A DNA stretch of 64,000 nt, taken from positions 62,001 to 126,000 of the IMG/VR virus record IMGVR_UViG_3300033995_001164. One strand, given 5' to 3'. Each line of letters begins with the position of its first letter. The stretch's first letter is position 1. This document shows, piece by piece, positions 27,108 to 37,542 of the stretch. A model generated the notes under the pieces. It did not search any database. It was not told the DNA's origin and saw only the letters and a program-made list of their open reading frames with translations. The translations under genes and the position numbers were made by a program.

Positions 27108-29239
27108 GTCAAACAAATTATATCATATTCAATTATCAAATCAATTACAATTTCTTGACCTTGCAATGTATTATCACCTCTTGTAGTCTCAATTGTAATT
27201 AAATTTTCAGTTGGGTTAGTTTCCACCTTTCCAACTCCGGGTATACTCAACAGTAATTGAGTTATCGTATCATAATAAAGGTTATCTTGAGGAGCGTCGA
27301 TTAATGACGTTGAAGTGTAAAATTCTTCACTTGTGGTTAAATTTAATGGTGTTACTGAGACTTTAGCAGTGAAAGTCGCCCCATTTAATTCACATCCAGT
27401 GTTATCCAATGTTAAATCATAAAAACCTTCATTTAACATTTGTAATAAACCGAATTTAGTTGGTGATGTAATATTAAAAATTTCTGACCCCATAACATAT
27501 GTTTGATATGATGTTAAATTTTCATAACAACTAATTGTTGTTGTACGAGATAGTGAACACCCATTTCCACCGACAAGAATTAAACTATAAGTTCCCCCTG
27601 TTAATCCAGAAACTTGGATTTGTTGCGGGTTGCCAGGGACATTGTCTGACCAATCAAAATTAAATGGGGGAACACCTTGATTAATAAACGCAGTAATTTT
27701 ACCTGAACTCCCTGTTCCACAAGATGTGCTATAAAGTGAGAAATCTAATGGAACACTCCCATTTATTAAAACATTACTTGTTTGAATACAATTAGTTGCG
27801 TCAGAAACAGTAACAACATGATTACCAGCAACTAAATTATTAAATGTCACTGATGTTAAACTAGTATCAATAATATCATATAAACCATTGTCAATTGAGT
27901 AATCAATTGGTAATGTAGCACCTGAAGTCGTACTTATAGTAATTGAGCCGTTCGATTGTCCACAAGTTGTTCCCGTAACTTGAGTTGAGATGGTGTATTT
28001 ATTTTCCGCAATAATCGTTACTTCTTCAACATAAGAACACCCTAAACTATCACTAACTGCAACACTATAAGTTCCGGAAATTAAATTAGTATATATTTGA
28101 GTTGTTTGATTAGTACTAACATTAATAGTACTTCCACCAGGATTAATTAAAGTATACGTAAATGGTGATGAACCTCCAACAACAGATACCGTAATTTGTC
28201 CATTACTACTTGAACAAGTTGAATTAACCCCATTAATAGTAACTGATTGGATACCTGATGGAGACACTAATGTCGTTGTCGCAAAGGTCTGGCATAACCC
28301 TGCGTCGGTAACTTGAAATGAATAAGGTCCTGCAGATAAACCACTAATACTAAATGTGTTAGAATATGAAATTGATACATCCCCTGTCGATGCCGAATAA
28401 TAATATGGTGAGGTTCCCCCTGTAATGGTTAAACTTAACACACCATCGCTAGAAAAACAACCCGGTGGGGTCGCAGTAAAAACACCAAACCCAATTGGGT
28501 TAATATTAGTTATCGTACCGTCTTTAGTCACCACACACCCATAGGAATCACTAACACTAACAGAGTAAATACCCTCCGTTAACCCTGTGATTGTTGACCC
28601 TGTTTGCCCGTTATTCCATAAATAACTATAAGGGGGAGAACCTGTTGTTCCTGTAATAGTTATTTTACCTATAGGTGTTCCACCACAGCTTGAATTTGGG
28701 ACAACATATAAACCATAATTTAAAGGTATTGACTCCTCAATTATAAAACTCGGACTTCTACCTAAACACCCTCCTAAATCCAATGAAGTTAAATAATAAG
28801 TGCCCGCACTTAAGTTACCAAAAACAATGTTTGAAACATTTGTGTTGGCGGACATTACAAAAGTATCTGTTGACGTGTAAACACTAAATATAGTAGAAGA
28901 GAAGTTAGAAGTTGAAGTTCCCGTAACCATTCCATCATCTCCACTACAAGTAGTATTTTTAACCCCTAATATTGAACAACAAACCCCATTAGATATTGGT
29001 ATATTGATATATTCTTGGTAATTTGAGGGGAGAGTACTATCGTTTACTAATAAAACATACGTTTCCGCGCTTAAGTTTGTTTGGATATATGAGTTATTAG
29101 TTAATACAGGTCCACTAACATATGGGCTAATAATTTGCACGGTATATGGAGGTGTAGCTCCAGATAAAGATAAATTAAACGACCCTGTTTGATTATTAGT
29201 GCAATCACCCGTTACATTTATATTATAATTAAAATTCAT
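27104..29239 (-). CDS. SprB-repeat protein (about seven repeats)
   Basis: Repeated C..G.I.....G..PY.Y.W....GL..G.Y.V.V.D..GC units typical of the SprB repeat. Confidence 0.8.
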   Translation of the reverse strand: MNFNYNINVTGDCTNNQTGSFNLSLSGATPPYTVQIISPYVSGPVLTNNSYIQTNLSAETYVLLVNDSTLPSNYQEYINIPISNGVCCSILGVKNTTCSGDDGMVTGTSTSNFSSTIFSVYTSTDTFVMSANTNVSNIVFGNLSAGTYYLTSLDLGGCLGRSPSFIIEESIPLNYGLYVVPNSSCGGTPIGKITITGTTGSPPYSYLWNNGQTGSTITGLTEGIYSVSVSDSYGCVVTKDGTITNINPIGFGVFTATPPGCFSSDGVLSLTITGGTSPYYYSASTGDVSISYSNTFSISGLSAGPYSFQVTDAGLCQTFATTTLVSPSGIQSVTINGVNSTCSSSNGQITVSVVGGSSPFTYTLINPGGSTINVSTNQTTQIYTNLISGTYSVAVSDSLGCSYVEEVTIIAENKYTISTQVTGTTCGQSNGSITISTTSGATLPIDYSIDNGLYDIIDTSLTSVTFNNLVAGNHVVTVSDATNCIQTSNVLINGSVPLDFSLYSTSCGTGSSGKITAFINQGVPPFNFDWSDNVPGNPQQIQVSGLTGGTYSLILVGGNGCSLSRTTTISCYENLTSYQTYVMGSEIFNITSPTKFGLLQMLNEGFYDLTLDNTGCELNGATFTAKVSVTPLNLTTSEEFYTSTSLIDAPQDNLYYDTITQLLLSIPGVGKVETNPTENLITIETTRGDNTLQGQEIVIDLIIEYDIICLT

Positions 29240-32226
29240 TAAATACTATCACAATTTATGTTTATTTGTATACCTACATTTAATGTAAGTATTTCATTAA
29301 TATTTCTTTGAGTACAAGTTAGACTTGTGACAGTTAAAATGTTTCCATTTAAAAAATATGTAAACCCATAGTCGTATAACAATGGAAGATATTCAATTAA
29401 AGCATTTCTCCACATGATATTTGTTGGGGCATCAGTATATCCATACCCAACATAAAATGGCTCCTTAATTAACAAATCATCATTAATTCTTAAATCCACG
29501 TACCATTCAGTTTGAACCGAATTTTGAATACAATCGTTTAAAGTATACCCACTTTCAGCAATCATATTATTAACTCTATTCGCCAAAATACTATTAAAGT
29601 TTCCAACATTAACATCCCCATTTGACCAAGCATATATATTATAATCAACATATTCTGTTGTACAAGTATAATCGAATATGTTTGAAATTATATAACAAGG
29701 GTCAACAGGAACCGGAATAAATTGACAACCTCGTTGTCTTCTATAAACAAATTTTTGTTTATGTAAGATAGAGTTCTCCATTTTAACACCTGAATTCCAA
29801 ATTGTTGTGGCAGGAATCATTTGTTCCGCTAACTTCATCCAGTAAGGACCAATACCATTTACATAATCAATTAATTTTTGATAAGTATATTTGTTATTTG
29901 GTAATCCAACAGTTTGTTCAGATTCTATGTATTTCCACCAAATTGATTGGAGTACCGGATATCCGCCTGTTTTACCGTCAGTAATATATTGTCGATTTCT
30001 AACATTAATCATATTTTCCCAAAATGTTTGTGAGAATTCAAAGAATGTTTTCTTTTTTGGTTCAGGATTAATATATGTCCAATCCACTCCGCCAGGAACC
30101 GGATAACCAACAGTTAATCCCGATTCAGGAAACGGATAATCATATTCAACAGACTCTTTCCAAACATCGTATAATAAACCTTGTGATGGATTTAAAAATA
30201 AATCAACATTCTTAACATTTAAGACTAATTTCTCATTATCAACATAATAATAAGCATTGTAATCACCATTAACTGAAACTCTTATTTTATTATCTTCTTC
30301 TAACCACGACTTATTATTATCAATTACTTTTTGTAATTTAAAACCTTCTGTCATATATGGGAAATCCCTAAATCGGTCTAAGTAAGGTTGTCCGTAAGTG
30401 AATGGTTGTAATTGTGTTTGAATATTATAATTTTGACCGGTATAAACGGCGCCCGTAATAACCACCTCATCAGGACTTCTATGTTGTGGAGTTGATTCAT
30501 ACCAACCGGCACCAATTTGGAAGTAATAATTTTCAGTATTAACAGGGGCCTTTGGATATCCAAAAATATCAATAGGATAATCAGATAATCTAATTGAGAC
30601 ATCCTCATATGTCGCATTTGAGGTATAACCTGAATATATGTGACCACGAATTTTGTAAGTATCACCAGGTAAATAAGACGGAACTTTATTAACATAAGTC
30701 CCCCCCGAAATTGACGCCCACTGAGTCTCAAATTGCGTTAAATTAATTTTTTGGTCAGCCAAATAAATATGTTCATTAAATTCAATTAATGAATCAGGTG
30801 CACCAATTAATCTCAACATAAATTCAACAGACCTCCTAGTTCCTTTTGATTTAAAAAGATAAGAGGCATTAAGAATTAAATTACGATAAAACGAATAGTT
30901 TATCTCAGTTGGTGTAAGAGCCCTAGCGTAACCCGGATATGTTGGTGTTGCTGTATTCCCAAAAACAGAACTTAAGAAATCTTCATCTGTTATTGGAGAA
31001 AAATTAGAACTCCACCCTAATGTTTGAGCCAAATTAACAAGTAATTGAGATGGTATATCATTGGATGGGTTATAATTAACCGAATTCATGTAAGCTAAAG
31101 CATCTATAAATTGTTTTATTTGGTCGAAACTTCTACCATAAATTTGAAATATTTTCTCAACTTTTTGACCCATAGTATCAAACTCTTTTAAAGAGTCCGT
31201 TACCAAAAATCTTGAAATTAAATTTGTTTTGAATGAATCTAAATTAACCGCAATCTCATCAAGTTGGGTTAGATAATCGTCAAATAAAAATGAACGAATA
31301 TCAAGATTCCACACACCGTCTTTAGGCCAAGTAACCTGTTGGTAATTCGTGTAAAATTCACCACTTTCTGTTTGAGCAGGTACTTGAAAAACCGCAGTAT
31401 ATTCAGGTCTAATTAAACGATTTAATAAGAATTTTTCAACTTCATCAAAACTTTCTGCAAAAATCTTATCAGCAATTAAATCATTTGGCCTAATTTGATA
31501 ATCCTCATTTATTGTTGTGGCCGTTATTCCAAAAGGAGCTCCTGAAACATAAAACGAAATATAACCATCACTTAATGTTTGAGACGGTTGGAATGACACA
31601 ATTTTAAAAATATTGTCATTTATACTTACGCAATAATCTAAATAAGTATTGTATAAATTTCGATAAGGAGATGTTACTATTTCTCGTAAATTTAAATTTG
31701 TTGAGGCACTAACCGAATAATCAATATCAAAAGGATTGTTAATTCTGTCGACATTAACTTCAAAATAAGTTTCATCATTAACTGAATCGTAAGATATGTT
31801 TATTGCGGTTGACCCTGTAACAAATTCCAAGTTACTAAACATAACATCTAACGATGCTGGAAAATAATGAATTACCTTAGTTGCAGATACTTGTAACCTT
31901 TTACGTAATGAACCGTACATAGAAAAGTTAAGGACTTGTGAAACATCATAATTAGGATAAACCCTAAATTGTGTTGCCATAATCCTCCTACTCTCATTAA
32001 CATCATCTATATTTAACGATTGTAAACTTAAGGGTTCCGAAAATGCCCCTACATTAAAAGTTCTATTAACCTTCTCTGTAACCGAAGTAGTAAATTCAAA
32101 ATTACCTTGCGTTAGACCTCCCCCTTCAACCGTTTGTAAACCTACAATGTTGTCGGAAAAAGTCGCAGCCCCACTTCCGGGTCTTGGCGGATAAAAATAT
32201 TTTGTCGTATTTACAGTTACTGCCAT
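29239..32226 (-). CDS. baseplate wedge/tail protein (P2 gpI/T4 gp7-like region)
   Basis: DIPSQLLVNLAQTLGW...YLFKSKGTRRSVEFMLRLIG motif; module context. Confidence 0.6.
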   Translation of the reverse strand: MAVTVNTTKYFYPPRPGSGAATFSDNIVGLQTVEGGGLTQGNFEFTTSVTEKVNRTFNVGAFSEPLSLQSLNIDDVNESRRIMATQFRVYPNYDVSQVLNFSMYGSLRKRLQVSATKVIHYFPASLDVMFSNLEFVTGSTAINISYDSVNDETYFEVNVDRINNPFDIDYSVSASTNLNLREIVTSPYRNLYNTYLDYCVSINDNIFKIVSFQPSQTLSDGYISFYVSGAPFGITATTINEDYQIRPNDLIADKIFAESFDEVEKFLLNRLIRPEYTAVFQVPAQTESGEFYTNYQQVTWPKDGVWNLDIRSFLFDDYLTQLDEIAVNLDSFKTNLISRFLVTDSLKEFDTMGQKVEKIFQIYGRSFDQIKQFIDALAYMNSVNYNPSNDIPSQLLVNLAQTLGWSSNFSPITDEDFLSSVFGNTATPTYPGYARALTPTEINYSFYRNLILNASYLFKSKGTRRSVEFMLRLIGAPDSLIEFNEHIYLADQKINLTQFETQWASISGGTYVNKVPSYLPGDTYKIRGHIYSGYTSNATYEDVSIRLSDYPIDIFGYPKAPVNTENYYFQIGAGWYESTPQHRSPDEVVITGAVYTGQNYNIQTQLQPFTYGQPYLDRFRDFPYMTEGFKLQKVIDNNKSWLEEDNKIRVSVNGDYNAYYYVDNEKLVLNVKNVDLFLNPSQGLLYDVWKESVEYDYPFPESGLTVGYPVPGGVDWTYINPEPKKKTFFEFSQTFWENMINVRNRQYITDGKTGGYPVLQSIWWKYIESEQTVGLPNNKYTYQKLIDYVNGIGPYWMKLAEQMIPATTIWNSGVKMENSILHKQKFVYRRQRGCQFIPVPVDPCYIISNIFDYTCTTEYVDYNIYAWSNGDVNVGNFNSILANRVNNMIAESGYTLNDCIQNSVQTEWYVDLRINDDLLIKEPFYVGYGYTDAPTNIMWRNALIEYLPLLYDYGFTYFLNGNILTVTSLTCTQRNINEILTLNVGIQININCDSI

Positions 32227-33134
32227 TAAGTTGTTATATTTGTGAAGTTTTTACTAAAATCAATATTATTATTTCTATTCTGTCTAACTTCATATAACAA
32301 CGCATTAAATTGGTCTCTAACCTCATATAAATTATATTGTCTAAAAATGTTATTTGCGGAATCATAGATTGTGTAAATCCCGTCGTCGATTGATTTACTT
32401 TGGTTTCCATAAAGAGCAATCGCAAGAGATGAAATATCATATTCAACCATTTCTATTTCAACAGTAACCGGGTTAAAGAACGTATTAGTAATAATAATAT
32501 CTTGACTTGGTTGTCCAATAAACGGTGTTGCGTTTGGTTTGTTAGTCGGTGATGATGATGGTGATAAAGTTAAAAACAATAAGTTTGAAGACCCGTCAAC
32601 ATATCTATATCTAATCGCCTTTTGTTGTGTATTAACTTCATTTGTTACGACAGGTTCACAATAAAAACTTGAGGTAATTACTCTAAAGAAATTTGGTATT
32701 TTTGAACCGTCCGGATTTAAATATTCAATACGAAATCCAACCAATCCTTGGGGTACAAATTTATTTTGATACTGAGTTGGGACATTAGCCAAATCAATAA
32801 CTAAACCTTTGACGTTGGGTAACGAACTCAAAACACCGCAATCAGTAATTGTTGTTCTAATTTGTGCTGGTCTCAAATAAAGGGTGTAAAACCCTAAAGC
32901 GTTAAACTGACTTGCAGGTAAAGTTAAATTATATAACCCTCCTAAAACTTCAACACCGGCATTCCCACCCGTTTCTGAGTTTTCAAAGTAAGGTCGTAAA
33001 ATAGTTTGAGCATCCAACTTCGTTAAAACGAATTGGTCTGTCACATCCCTACTTGGAGTGTAATTTAGTATAATTTCGACATCTGCAGGTGAGACATCGG
33101 AACCTCTGACGGTCCCATACGACGATATTGCCAT
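32226..33134 (-). CDS. structural-module hypothetical protein
   Basis: 302-aa ORF with a 1-nt stop/start overlap with the next gene. Confidence 0.55.
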   Translation of the reverse strand: MAISSYGTVRGSDVSPADVEIILNYTPSRDVTDQFVLTKLDAQTILRPYFENSETGGNAGVEVLGGLYNLTLPASQFNALGFYTLYLRPAQIRTTITDCGVLSSLPNVKGLVIDLANVPTQYQNKFVPQGLVGFRIEYLNPDGSKIPNFFRVITSSFYCEPVVTNEVNTQQKAIRYRYVDGSSNLLFLTLSPSSSPTNKPNATPFIGQPSQDIIITNTFFNPVTVEIEMVEYDISSLAIALYGNQSKSIDDGIYTIYDSANNIFRQYNLYEVRDQFNALLYEVRQNRNNNIDFSKNFTNITT

Positions 33135-33137
33135 TTT

Positions 33138-33905
33138 TTATATTGTCTTTAATATTTTATTTCCTTTTTTTAAATTATCTTCAGCCCATAATGGTTGAAG
33201 ATTCGTATAGTAACTAAGTTGGTAAATTTCTTCTTCAGTTTTAGATGAAGATAATGGTATTATGTGGTCTATATGCCACCCATATAATCCATAATTTTCC
33301 CAAGACATACCCTCCTTAAATTGTTTTTCCAAATGTTCTTTAAGAAATTCCGGAGTACATCCTACAATTTCAAAGGTTTTATTTTTTTTAGTTATAATGT
33401 TAAGTTTCAAATATTGACTTAATCTTCGTCTAATATTACTTGACATTTTTCTTTTTGGTTTTTGATTACTTTTCTTAAGGGTTTCTTTTATTTTTTCAGG
33501 ATTGTTTTCTCGATATTTTTTGTGAGATTCCATTATTTTTTCAATATTATTTTCTCTATATTGTTTACTATATTCCTTTATCTTTTCAATATTATTTTTT
33601 TTCCAAATTGATGAATTTTCAATAGATTTTTTAGAATTATTTTCATACCATTTTTGACTATAATCTTTTACCTTATCAGGGTTATTTTTTTTCCATTCTC
33701 TACTTCTTTGGATTTCTTTTTCAGAGTTTATTTTATACCAATTTTGACTTGTCTCTTTTTTCTTCTCTGAATTAAGTTCCATCCATTTTGAAACACGTTT
33801 TATATTACACGTTTTACATTCACTCCTCCTATAAAGTTTTTTCTCTAAATAAAAATCATCCAATGATTTTTCAATTAAACATTTAGTACAAACTTTTGTT
33901 TCCAT
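33138..33905 (-). CDS. HNH homing endonuclease with seven 15-aa helical repeats (start probably METKVC at 33905)
   Basis: CTKC...CKTC; (W/Y)xxNxEK repeats; GMSWENYG..WHIDHIIP...NLQPLWAEDNLKKG; TATTTAT immediately upstream. Confidence 0.85.
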   Translation of the reverse strand: METKVCTKCLIEKSLDDFYLEKKLYRRSECKTCNIKRVSKWMELNSEKKKETSQNWYKINSEKEIQRSREWKKNNPDKVKDYSQKWYENNSKKSIENSSIWKKNNIEKIKEYSKQYRENNIEKIMESHKKYRENNPEKIKETLKKSNQKPKRKMSSNIRRRLSQYLKLNIITKKNKTFEIVGCTPEFLKEHLEKQFKEGMSWENYGLYGWHIDHIIPLSSSKTEEEIYQLSYYTNLQPLWAEDNLKKGNKILKTI

Positions 33906-33936
33906 ATTCATAAATACCTTATCTCTTTTTTTTCTG

Positions 33937-35028
33937 TTAATTTTCTTTATTAATGACATTGAAGAACCCAAACCCATAGTTAATCATGTCACCAAGGTTA
34001 TCTACCTCACCTAATCTTTGTATTCTCTCATACGCGGAGTTTTTACCTCTTTCAACAAAAACATTAGTTTGAACCTGTGCTTGGTCAATAACTTTGAGTA
34101 ATACCTCATCTTTAGTTATTGGAACCGCAGTTATATTATTTTCCGTAAGTCCTGATGATTGTACGAAATAAATTGTGGTACCATCAATGTAATCATAGTA
34201 ATTAATTTCAGTAATTGTATAAGCAGTATAAATTGAAGTAACATCTGTTATTGCTCCCCATATTTGACCATTACTAATCACAGGAACCCCAATTCGTTCA
34301 TTAATTGTTGGATTACCATACATTTTTAACTCATTAATTCTCGACTTAGTAATTCCTGATACGGTAAACGGTATTGAAACATAATTGTTAGAGGTTTGAG
34401 CAGATACTTCATTAATCGCATCCCCAGAAAATATATAATCATAAGATACCGAAGTCCCAACCCAATTCCCTGAAGAAGGAGCAAAAAATGCTTCACCCTG
34501 TGGGTTGTAAATTACAACATCACTAAATGGAACCGTTATTGTTTTTGAAACACTGGTAATGCCCCAAGGATTTGTTTGTTCTAATTTAATCGTATATTCT
34601 TTATTCTCAACAGGGTATGTGTGATTAATTGAATTAGGTGCGTAATTAGTGATAGTTTGTTTTGGGGAACCGTCACCCCAATCAATCTTATATGAAGATA
34701 AATCTAAAAATTTTTGGAACTCATCCGACGTATTATAAACATTGTAAAGGTAAGGGGATGATGTTGTTGAAGAAAATATAAAATTTGCAACAACATTTTT
34801 TTGTAATACCGCACCATCAAATGGACTATAATACCCGGTATCAACCGCACTTTGTCTAATCAAAATAGGTATAGTCAATCCGGTTAATAAGGAACTACCA
34901 TTAACACCCGAACTAACAACTTGGGTCATTGCAGAATAAACACCAACGGGTGTCCCTTCATAATCAACAACGAATAAATCCCCAAGAATCGTTTCCGGTG
35001 ATATTTTAATATTATAAAAATCTTCCAT
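33937..35028 (-). CDS. structural protein with a PKD-like domain
   Basis: IDWGDGSP...INHTYP...YTIKL PKD signature. Confidence 0.55.
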   Translation of the reverse strand: MEDFYNIKISPETILGDLFVVDYEGTPVGVYSAMTQVVSSGVNGSSLLTGLTIPILIRQSAVDTGYYSPFDGAVLQKNVVANFIFSSTTSSPYLYNVYNTSDEFQKFLDLSSYKIDWGDGSPKQTITNYAPNSINHTYPVENKEYTIKLEQTNPWGITSVSKTITVPFSDVVIYNPQGEAFFAPSSGNWVGTSVSYDYIFSGDAINEVSAQTSNNYVSIPFTVSGITKSRINELKMYGNPTINERIGVPVISNGQIWGAITDVTSIYTAYTITEINYYDYIDGTTIYFVQSSGLTENNITAVPITKDEVLLKVIDQAQVQTNVFVERGKNSAYERIQRLGEVDNLGDMINYGFGFFNVINKEN

Positions 35029-35858
35029 TATACAGGTGGGTTAATATATTCAAACCATTTTATGGGAATTGTTGTCCCGAGTCTTTGTCCATTAGTATTA
35101 ACTACTTGATATGTTTGATTTTTATAGTCTAAATTTACGGTATAGTAAAAAAATGTGTTATTATCAAAAAAATATGGATTAGCCCCTGTAGCAAAATTTG
35201 CTTGTGGACCTTCAGTAGTGTCTAATGGGTCTGTACCATTACCTGTCATCATTTTAGTGAATTGTCCGGTTTTAGCATTATAAAATTTAGCGGACATATA
35301 AAATGTATTAATATCTAAAAACTCTCTCTTTTTTAACCAATAAATAAAAAACCCTTCTTTATCTCCAACATAATCTAAAATAAATTTTGGTTTCCTAACA
35401 TCTACCACAGTCCTCTGCATTTGAGTGGACATTTTTAATCCTTGTTGTGTTGGTATAATGACGGTTAAATAATTTGTTTGTTTTTTCTCATCCGTATTAT
35501 CGTAAAAATCCAATTTAAAAAATGAATTTGTAAAATTATTAGTATAATAATATAAATCTTGGGGAGTAAATCCCTCACCTATATAATTTATTTTCCAATT
35601 ATTAATATTATTAATCGAACCTCCCGAATAAAAATAAAACTCATAATTAATTTCAGTGTTATTTGTTGTAGTATCAGGTGCATGACTAAATCGACTAATC
35701 TCAAAATCACGACCTACTCCAATAACTTCAGTAATAACATCAGACTCATATTCATCAATTGCCATATCTAAACCCAAATAGTCCCAAGTTAGTCTAACCG
35801 GAATATTTATTTGTTTATCAATACCATTTGGTACTATAGTGACTTTATTCACACTCAT
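35028..35858 (-). CDS. structural-module hypothetical protein
   Basis: 276-aa ORF overlapping its neighbours. Confidence 0.55.
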   Translation of the reverse strand: MSVNKVTIVPNGIDKQINIPVRLTWDYLGLDMAIDEYESDVITEVIGVGRDFEISRFSHAPDTTTNNTEINYEFYFYSGGSINNINNWKINYIGEGFTPQDLYYYTNNFTNSFFKLDFYDNTDEKKQTNYLTVIIPTQQGLKMSTQMQRTVVDVRKPKFILDYVGDKEGFFIYWLKKREFLDINTFYMSAKFYNAKTGQFTKMMTGNGTDPLDTTEGPQANFATGANPYFFDNNTFFYYTVNLDYKNQTYQVVNTNGQRLGTTIPIKWFEYINPPV

Positions 35859-37542
35859 CTATTAATGGTTTAATTGTAACATCGGAACCATATAGGCTTT
35901 CGTTGTAGTTTATTCCTTCGGGTATTAATCTAAAAGTAATATCAGTAAAAGGATAATGAGATGTATTTAAAAACGGGTAATCAACCCCTCTTTCTAAATT
36001 ATCCGTAAAACCATAAGTATATATATCCCTCCATCTAAACTCTTGGTCGGCGCTTGAATAAAAAGAATAATTAGGGATTTGGTCAATAATATTAACATCT
36101 CCCGTTTCAACATAATCAGAAAAAACCCTTAATGTCATTTTATTATGTGGTTGATAATAATAACCTAATGAATTTGTGTCCGGTAAATTTGATGTTTGAA
36201 ATATAGTTTGGTTATACTTTATTTTATGGTAATAAGGTGAAATTACTCTTTCAATTTGTTCATAATCATTCCACTCACAAAAATCACCGTCCATTACATC
36301 TCCTTTCACTAAATTACTATTATAATAAAACGTCTTAGTCGCGCCACTAGTTTGAGTATATGAAGATAATGGAATTGTTGTGTTGGAGTCAGTATTAGTT
36401 AAATCCCAATATTGATTTACTGTTTTGGTTAAGTTAAACCCCCAACCTTGTTTTAAACCGACCCCAGATGACGGCTCATTAAAATAACCTGAATATCCTT
36501 TATTAACAATTGTTAAAAAAATCTCACTTAATGGTCGTTTTTGATTATCAATGTACCCCGCAAAATCTAAATCATACGCCGAAGTCATATTATATGCATT
36601 ACTACTTGTTTTTTGAGAAATTCTTGAAATATGATTTGGTGTGATAGAACTGTATTCGAATTTCATAGTCTCTTTAAATACATTTTTTTCAAACCCAATT
36701 TTAGTAACAATTAAATCATCTAAATTTGTAATCACTTTGTGTTCTCTCACATAATATTTTGATTTAGTCTCCGTTAAATTATCCGGGTTTATGACTCTTT
36801 TAAAAGTACCATTCACATTATCACCAAATGTAGTTCCGGTATACCCAATATTTAAAACATTAAAAACATACTCTTCACTACCAAATAATCCATTACCTAA
36901 TGAGTAAACTTGGAAAATGTTTGAATTTCGATAAGTTAATGATAATTCAACATATTCATTTGTTGTTAACCCATGAGACCCAATACATTTAAAAGAAATT
37001 AATCCATTCCCATTAATTTCAATATTTTCAATACTAAAGGGAATACCTTGCTCCGCAACCCAATTAATAGTACCTAAAGTATCTGAATAGTAGTTTAATT
37101 TTTTTGTGTTATTATTTTCATGAGCATATGTTAAATAATACATCCAATTATAGGTATAAGCACTTTTGGATTTATAAACAAAGTGTTGATTATCAGTAAT
37201 CGGTCTAAAAAAATCAAATTCATAAAACTGAGGGAATCCCTTCCAAGTACCACTATTAAATGATGTTTGAGGGTCAACATAATACAAATTATATTGAAAT
37301 GGTAAGTAAGTAGTTGTGCCTGTATATGTGTTATCGTATAAATATTTAACTTTAAATGTTGGTCTAAAAATAGTACATAACTGTCTTTCGTCATCATAAA
37401 CTTGAGCCAAACTTATAGTTGTACTTCTATCGTATTCCGTTATTTGTTGACTTGTTTGGTCTAATGAGATAGAAACATTTTCATTAACAGAAGGCGCCCC
37501 CTTATATTTAAGGTTACTTGGTATTATAGTGTAATTATTCAT
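35845..37542 (-). CDS. structural-module hypothetical protein
   Basis: 565-aa aromatic/beta-rich ORF overlapping its neighbours. Confidence 0.55.
   Translation of the reverse strand: MNNYTIIPSNLKYKGAPSVNENVSISLDQTSQQITEYDRSTTISLAQVYDDERQLCTIFRPTFKVKYLYDNTYTGTTTYLPFQYNLYYVDPQTSFNSGTWKGFPQFYEFDFFRPITDNQHFVYKSKSAYTYNWMYYLTYAHENNNTKKLNYYSDTLGTINWVAEQGIPFSIENIEINGNGLISFKCIGSHGLTTNEYVELSLTYRNSNIFQVYSLGNGLFGSEEYVFNVLNIGYTGTTFGDNVNGTFKRVINPDNLTETKSKYYVREHKVITNLDDLIVTKIGFEKNVFKETMKFEYSSITPNHISRISQKTSSNAYNMTSAYDLDFAGYIDNQKRPLSEIFLTIVNKGYSGYFNEPSSGVGLKQGWGFNLTKTVNQYWDLTNTDSNTTIPLSSYTQTSGATKTFYYNSNLVKGDVMDGDFCEWNDYEQIERVISPYYHKIKYNQTIFQTSNLPDTNSLGYYYQPHNKMTLRVFSDYVETGDVNIIDQIPNYSFYSSADQEFRWRDIYTYGFTDNLERGVDYPFLNTSHYPFTDITFRLIPEGINYNESLYGSDVTIKPLIDECE

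Noticed and set aside
33906-33977. N-terminal extensions of ORFs at 33977, 51509, 18053, 2644 and 27116
   Set aside because: All but the 18053 extension overlap the upstream gene; paralog alignment, motif position or ATGA coupling favours the downstream starts
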